DNA from: Myxococcota bacterium
Lineage (GTDB): Bacteria > Myxococcota_A > UBA9160 > UBA6930
Direction: 5' to 3'
DNA length: 64,000 bases
Assembly (NCBI GenBank): GCA_965223705.1
Contig: OZ245015.1
Span: 2,784,001-2,848,000, forward strand
The notes below the pieces were generated by a model. The model saw only the letters and a program-made list of their open reading frames with translations, made no database searches and was not told the DNA's origin. The translations under genes and the position numbers were made by a program. This document shows, one piece after another, positions 59,181 to 64,000 of the stretch. The first letter of the stretch is position 1. Each line of letters begins with the position of its first letter.

Positions 59181-60554
59181 CTGACGCTTCTTCTCGCCCT
59201 CGGCGTTTGGCCCTGCCGGACGCACGCGGAACTCGGAACCTTGGTCCGCGTGGCCGAGGCATGGCACGAGGGGCTCGGCGCTCTCTCGAGAGCCCGTCTC
59301 GAATTGCGCGCCGAGATCGAGTCGGGAGCACTTCCTGTCGCGGATGTCCGCGTCGCCGACATACAGATCGATGCGGACCTCGCCTTGGGAGCCATCGTGA
59401 CGGGGAGCGTCCGAGGATCCGTTCGCAAGATTCGAGGCGGACCGGACGCGCCCCTGCCTCTCGGCGAGCACGAGGTCGAGGCGAAGATCGCGCTCCGTCG
59501 GCCTGTGATCGACGTCTCTGGAAAGGCCTGGGACTACCGGCGTCGCGCCGAGGTCGCTTTCTCCGGTCGCTACGAGAGAGCCGAAGAGAGCGCGGATCTC
59601 GAGTTCCAAACCGGACCCGTCCGGATGGGCGGGCCGAAGCTCACACCCGCTCACATCGCGCCCGAGCTTGGCGAGGTCTTCCGCGACGCCGAGGGTGAGT
59701 TCGAAGCACGCGGAATCGTGCGATGGCATGCCCGAGAGAAGCTTCGGGGGCACGTCGAACTCGCCATCCGAGACGTCTCGGTCAGCACCGATGCTGCCCG
59801 TATCGAGGGGATCAACGGCGTCATCCGATTCTCGCCGCCCTGGCCGCCTCAAACACCACCCGCCCAGGAAATCTCGATTCGCCGGGTCGATCTCGGACTC
59901 GAGCTGACCGATGGACGCGTGCGCTTCGGTCTCGATCCGGCAGGCGTACTCGACATCGATTCCGCGGTCTGGCAATTCGCCGGTGGATCCATCGAAACCG
60001 ACGGAAGGATCGACTTGCGCGCGGCGGAGCGGAATCTCGAACTGCGCTTTTTCGACCTGTCGCTACGCGACCTCCTGTCCCGGGTCCGGCTCGACGGACT
60101 CGATGGCCAGGGCCGCGTCGGCGGACGATTGCCGGTGTCGATCACCGACGAGAACGTGAGCGTTTCGGGTGGTGCGCTTCGGGCGCAGCCCGGCGGACAG
60201 ATTCGCTACCGACCGAGTGCGTCCGTCGACGGGCTGGCCGAGGGACAAGCGGGTTTCGACGTTCTGCTGCCGGCGCTTCGCGACCTCACCTTTCAGAAGC
60301 TCGAGCTCGGCGTCGACGGCGATCTTCGCGGCGACATGCAGCTTCGCCTCGAGCTCGATGGTGCGAACCCGAACTACCGGAACGGACAACCGATCGAGCT
60401 GAACCTCCACCTCGACGCGCGCCTCGCCGACCTGCTGCGAGCCGGAGAATGGATCGACCGTGTCCCCGAACACATCGAGCGAAAGCTCGAGTTGTTTCGC
60501 AAGCGCTCGAAAGACGGTGGCGTTCGGAATGTCGCTCCCTTAGGTTCGCCATGA
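59181..60554 (+). CDS. YdbH-family intermembrane transport protein (start uncertain)
   Basis: G..LP, GQIRY, L.DLTF..L and GANP..GQPIELNL at the C-terminus; immediately upstream of ynbE/ydbL-like genes. Confidence 0.78.
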   Translation: MTLLLALGVWPCRTHAELGTLVRVAEAWHEGLGALSRARLELRAEIESGALPVADVRVADIQIDADLALGAIVTGSVRGSVRKIRGGPDAPLPLGEHEVEAKIALRRPVIDVSGKAWDYRRRAEVAFSGRYERAEESADLEFQTGPVRMGGPKLTPAHIAPELGEVFRDAEGEFEARGIVRWHAREKLRGHVELAIRDVSVSTDAARIEGINGVIRFSPPWPPQTPPAQEISIRRVDLGLELTDGRVRFGLDPAGVLDIDSAVWQFAGGSIETDGRIDLRAAERNLELRFFDLSLRDLLSRVRLDGLDGQGRVGGRLPVSITDENVSVSGGALRAQPGGQIRYRPSASVDGLAEGQAGFDVLLPALRDLTFQKLELGVDGDLRGDMQLRLELDGANPNYRNGQPIELNLHLDARLADLLRAGEWIDRVPEHIERKLELFRKRSKDGGVRNVAPLGSP

Positions 60555-60586
60555 ATGCGCGGCAAGGGAGCGACGTCGAAACCCGT

Positions 60587-60787
60587 ATGAAGCACTGGCG
60601 CACCATCGCCTTATGGCTGTCGCTCTTGTCCCTCGGGTCCCTCGCGGGGTGTACGCATCGCGTGGCCGTTGAAGCGCCGCGCGAGCCGATCACCATCAAC
60701 ATGAACGTGAAGATCGAGCACGAGATTCGCGTCAAAGTCGATCGCGAACTCGAGGATCTCTTCGCCGAGAATGAGGAGATCTTTTGA
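60587..60787 (+). CDS. ynbE: YnbE-like lipoprotein
   Basis: Lipobox LAGC and APREPITINMNVKIEHEIRVKVD..F motif. Confidence 0.9.
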   Translation: MKHWRTIALWLSLLSLGSLAGCTHRVAVEAPREPITINMNVKIEHEIRVKVDRELEDLFAENEEIF

Positions 60788-61131
60788 TGCAACGTTGGCT
60801 CAGGCTCTTGCTGCTCCCGTGTCTCTTTGTGGCGACGGTCGCCACGGGGCAGCCTCTCGACGCCTCGAAAGCGCGCGGCCAGATCGGCGAGCGCCCCGAT
60901 GGCTTCGTCGGTCTCGTCACACCCGCGACGGCGAGCGACGCCGATCGCGAGCTCGTCGCGAGTATCAACCAACAGCGCCGCGCGCATTACGCTCGGATCG
61001 CCGCCGATCAGGGAACGTCGATCGAGGTCGTCGCCGTGCTCGCCGGAAAGAAGCTCGTCGAGCGGACGCCCGTGGGTCAGTTCTATATGAGCGGCGGCCG
61101 CTGGGTGCAACGCGGGCCGTTCTATAGGTGA
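60787..61131 (+). CDS. ydbL: YdbL/DUF1318 family protein
   Basis: Signal peptide; AKARGQIGERPDGFVG..INQQRRAHY.RIA..G.W motif. Confidence 0.88.
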   Translation: MQRWLRLLLLPCLFVATVATGQPLDASKARGQIGERPDGFVGLVTPATASDADRELVASINQQRRAHYARIAADQGTSIEVVAVLAGKKLVERTPVGQFYMSGGRWVQRGPFYR

Positions 61132-61161
61132 GCGGCGGCCGCTGGGTGCAACGCGGGCCGT
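61088..61161. repeat. Tandem duplication of the ydbL 3' end
   Basis: TGAGCGGCGGCCGCTGGGTGCAACGCGGGCCGT is identical at 61088-61120 and 61129-61161; GTTCTATA occurs at 61080 and 61119. Confidence 0.92.
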
Positions 61162-61254
61162 AGGCCCCCTCGACACAGGGCCGCCCGAGCCTTGGCACTT
61201 TACTCGCGCTCCGGTTTGCGGCTACATGACGCCTCCTACGGCAGCGGAGGCAAC

Positions 61255-62376
61255 ATGAACCTCGGAACTCGCTGCGCGGTCGTGGTCGCTTGGCTGTGCG
61301 TCATGACGGGGGCCGTCCACGCTGAAACCAGCGAACCGGCCGGCGACACCCCCGCCGTTCGTGGCGAGGTCTTGCTCCACACCCTCGCCGGCAACGGTGC
61401 ACCCACGTTCGCAGGCGACGGCGGACCGGCGGACCGGGCGAGCCTTCACGGGCCGACCGGAGTGGTCGTCGCCGCGGACAGCGTCTTTATCGCAGACCAC
61501 AAGAACCACCGGGTGCGGCGCGTCGATCGTCGCTCCGGTGTGATCGAAACGGTCGCCGGTAACGGGACGCCGGGGTTCGACTCCGATGGAGGCCCGGCCG
61601 TTTCCGCTGCTTTGTGGAATCCGGCCGATGTGGCGGTCGATCCCGAGGGCAACTTGCTCATCGCCGATCGCAACAACCACCGGGTGCGGCGCGTCAGCGC
61701 AACCAGTGGGGCGATCGAGACCCTCGCCGGAAACGGAGAAGCGGGCTTCGACGGAGATGGCGGCCCGGCGGTCCGAGCGCGGCTTTTCGCACCCCGGGCG
61801 CTCTTGGTCGACGACCGGGGGAACGTCTTCGTGGCGGACCGAGGAAATCACCGGGTCCGGCGGATCGACGCCGAGGGCGGCGTGATCCGAACGGTGGCCG
61901 GCAACGGCCGGCCGGGCTTCGGAGGTGACGGGGGGCCCGCCGACCGTGCGAGCCTCCACTCGCCGAGCGGTCTGGCCTTCGACGCCGCCGGGAATCTCCT
62001 GATCGCCGACCGCGACAACCATAGGATCCGACGCGTCGACGCTTCCGATGGGCGCATTTCGACGTTTGCGGGTACGGGGAAGCCCGGACTAGCGGGTGAC
62101 GGCGGATCGGCGATCGCCGCGTCCTTGCAGGCGCCTTCGGCGCTCGCCGTCCAGGGCGATGGAAGCCTCTACATCGCCGATCTCGCAAACCATTGCGTGC
62201 GTCGGGTCGACCTCGACACGAATCAAATCGAAACCGTCACGGGACTCGGAGATCTGGGCTTTGGACGCGATCGACTGTTGTACCCGAGTGGTCTCGATGT
62301 CGATTCCGCGGGCCGCCTATACATCGCCGATAGCGCGAACCAACGCGTGCGCGTCACGGAAACGCCACGCAAATAG
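61255..62376 (+). CDS. Secreted NHL-repeat beta-propeller protein
   Basis: Signal peptide; about six repeats of AGNG..GF.GDGGPA..A.L..P..IAD..NHRVRRVD; GGAGG RBS. Confidence 0.92.
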   Translation: MNLGTRCAVVVAWLCVMTGAVHAETSEPAGDTPAVRGEVLLHTLAGNGAPTFAGDGGPADRASLHGPTGVVVAADSVFIADHKNHRVRRVDRRSGVIETVAGNGTPGFDSDGGPAVSAALWNPADVAVDPEGNLLIADRNNHRVRRVSATSGAIETLAGNGEAGFDGDGGPAVRARLFAPRALLVDDRGNVFVADRGNHRVRRIDAEGGVIRTVAGNGRPGFGGDGGPADRASLHSPSGLAFDAAGNLLIADRDNHRIRRVDASDGRISTFAGTGKPGLAGDGGSAIAASLQAPSALAVQGDGSLYIADLANHCVRRVDLDTNQIETVTGLGDLGFGRDRLLYPSGLDVDSAGRLYIADSANQRVRVTETPRK

Positions 62377-62405
62377 CAAAACTCTTCCAGCGGACCTTCA
62401 CGTAA

Positions 62406-62438
62406 GAAGCCCCGCTCGAACGCGTCGAGCGGGGCTTC
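62406..62438. terminator. Probable bidirectional terminator hairpin
   Basis: GAAGCCCCGCTCGA-ACGCG-TCGAGCGGGGCTTC (14-bp stem) between convergent genes. Confidence 0.7.
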
Positions 62439-62463
62439 GTGTGTGCGAAATCGGACGGCGCGC

Positions 62464-62982
62464 TCAGCGGCGGAAGCGTCGACCTGCGACCCAGACGCCC
62501 AGTGCAAACAGCGCCGCGGCGGTGGGTTCCGGCATGTGCGGCGGCTCTTCGGGCGGCAGACCTTCGCCACCTTCGTTCTTTTCGCCTTCGTTGTACGGAC
62601 TCGCAGCGTTGCTCGGACCGGAAGCCACCCGCGCGAGCCGGCTACGGCCACGGCTCGAGTCGTCGAGATTGTTGTCGATGGCGCGGCCCAAAGTCAGAGC
62701 AACTCCGGCGCTTTGTCCTTGCGACGTGCGAAGAATGTTTTGGTTTCGCGGGCCGGTTGACCCCGTGGCCGTCGCCATTTCGACGACGCCGTTGCTTCGG
62801 GTCTCCGTGACGATGAACACCTCTTCGTCGTCTTCCTCGACGCCGAGATCCACGGTCGGTGTCGGAGTGGTATCCATGCTGTCGCCCGCCGCCAACACGA
62901 TCCGGATCGGTGTCGCGAACGAAGCACTGGCTCCGAAGCAAAGCGCTACAGCCAGCGCGAGATACAGGGGTAGGCGGGACAT
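62464..62982 (-). CDS. PEP-CTERM sorting-domain protein
   Basis: Signal peptide and C-terminal MPEPTAAALFALGVWVAGRRFRR. Confidence 0.85.
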   Translation of the reverse strand: MSRLPLYLALAVALCFGASASFATPIRIVLAAGDSMDTTPTPTVDLGVEEDDEEVFIVTETRSNGVVEMATATGSTGPRNQNILRTSQGQSAGVALTLGRAIDNNLDDSSRGRSRLARVASGPSNAASPYNEGEKNEGGEGLPPEEPPHMPEPTAAALFALGVWVAGRRFRR

Positions 62983-63102
62983 CACAAAATCTCCATCACA
63001 GCAACCATGTTGAAAGCACAACAAGTTTAGGTGAAGTCGATCCGCAAATAAAACCGGTTTTCAGGAATACTTGAAAAATCACTCCCCGCGGGGCGCTAGA
63101 AT

Positions 63103-64000
63103 TCAGCGCCCTTCGGTCAGCGTGTCGACCGCATAAATGCGGCGGATCTTTGACGCCTTGGGCTTGGGGTAGATCGATTCGAGCACGTTCGTCACGGTGG
63201 TGTTGCCCGTGAGGTAGTTGATGACCGCGTATCCCTTGTACATGAGCACATGGGCGCCCCGGTTCTCCTCCGGATGATCCAACGTGTCCTCGCTCCAGCT
63301 GTAGACCGGGACACTTCCGCGCATCAGCCGCCCCTCGGGGTCGAAATACATGCCGGCCAGGAACTGGTGGTTCTGGGTGTCGATAAAGAGGAGCCGGCTC
63401 CCGTAGGGGTGACCCTCCAGAGTCGGCTTCCCTTCGAAGACGTGGGTTTCTCGGATCTCCCAGCGATCGATCGGCACACGCGACTGGGGCCCGGTGTGAT
63501 GGGCGAATTGGCGCTTCGAGTTCGCGATGGCGAGGATGCGACGCCGTCCGTGGTACTCCCAGGTGTTGTCGAGAACGTGTCCGTCGAACCCGTAGAAGTC
63601 GTCGAACGTGATCTCGGACCCGAGCCAGGTGTCGGCCTTCTCCTTGGATGAGAGCCGCCGCACTTTGCGTTCATTCGGGAGGTACGCGTTCACGGTGTCG
63701 TCTTCGTTCGGGTCGACCCAGCGCTCCACCAGGAGTTTTTGATCGCGGAACTCGAAGGGGGCGTAGTACTCCGTCAACTCCTTGAAGGTCGCGCCTTTCG
63801 CCGCGCGAAACGGAAAGCGGAAGTCGGTCTCGTGGAGCTGCGGCAAGTGCGAGAGGTAGGTTCGGCGCCAGCCCACCGAAACCGATCGCTCGAGCCCGCC
63901 ACCGCCGGACATCATGCCTTCGGGCAACGAAGAAAAATCGGTCTGCTGCGCGCCGTCGGTTTCCGTCAAGAACACGGTCTCGGCGCGCAACACGTGTTGG
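63103..64000 (-). CDS. DUF1329-like periplasmic protein (3' part; start outside the window)
   Basis: YLPNERKVRRLS..DDFYGFDG..WE.R..HPYG.R..ID pattern. Confidence 0.75.
   Translation of the reverse strand, partial: QHVLRAETVFLTETDGAQQTDFSSLPEGMMSGGGGLERSVSVGWRRTYLSHLPQLHETDFRFPFRAAKGATFKELTEYYAPFEFRDQKLLVERWVDPNEDDTVNAYLPNERKVRRLSSKEKADTWLGSEITFDDFYGFDGHVLDNTWEYHGRRRILAIANSKRQFAHHTGPQSRVPIDRWEIRETHVFEGKPTLEGHPYGSRLLFIDTQNHQFLAGMYFDPEGRLMRGSVPVYSWSEDTLDHPEENRGAHVLMYKGYAVINYLTGNTTVTNVLESIYPKPKASKIRRIYAVDTLTEGR

Noticed and set aside
57174..60554. Apparent 2-kb overlap of 933-aa and 850-aa ORFs
   Set aside because: Artefact of stop-free extension; asnB starts at MCG (59069) and the YdbH-like region starts after about 59100.
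61088..61161. Mini CRISPR array
   Set aside because: Only two copies separated by 8 nt, the repeat is ydbL coding sequence, and no cas genes are present.
61380..62350. Periodic DNA repeats of about 170 bp
   Set aside because: Explained by the protein-level NHL repeats.

Overview
This is a 64 kb, gene-dense, high-GC bacterial chromosomal segment. The gene mix (DUF4388, PEP-CTERM, DUF1329, YdbH/YnbE/YdbL, many CoA and flavin enzymes) suggests a diderm Myxococcota/deltaproteobacteria-like organism, which is an inference. Housekeeping genes include uvrA (partial, absent from the ORF track), moeB, a ribB-type gene, ilvB/ilvN/ilvD, an argE-like gene, trpB2, tRNA-Leu(CAA) and tRNA-Ala(GGC). Accessory modules include a five-gene CoA-ester operon resembling C5-dicarboxylate pathways, an MBOAT/AlgJ-like O-acylation pair, a KAS III plus degenerate KAS plus MMPL locus facing a LolA-like gene, a Rieske oxygenase catabolic operon, and an asnB/GT4 pair. 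The strongest hidden signals are: an in-frame UGA with a SECIS-like hairpin that joins two ORFs into a GrdB/PrdB-like selenoprotein (19334-20230); an AT-rich promoter/operator/terminator element ahead of a nuclease-DinG helicase operon; a 56-aa gene missed by the track; and two local duplications of gene 3' ends. No CRISPR array, integrase, transposase or rRNA was recognised. All calls come from motif recognition by eye. No database search was run, and many start codons are best estimates.
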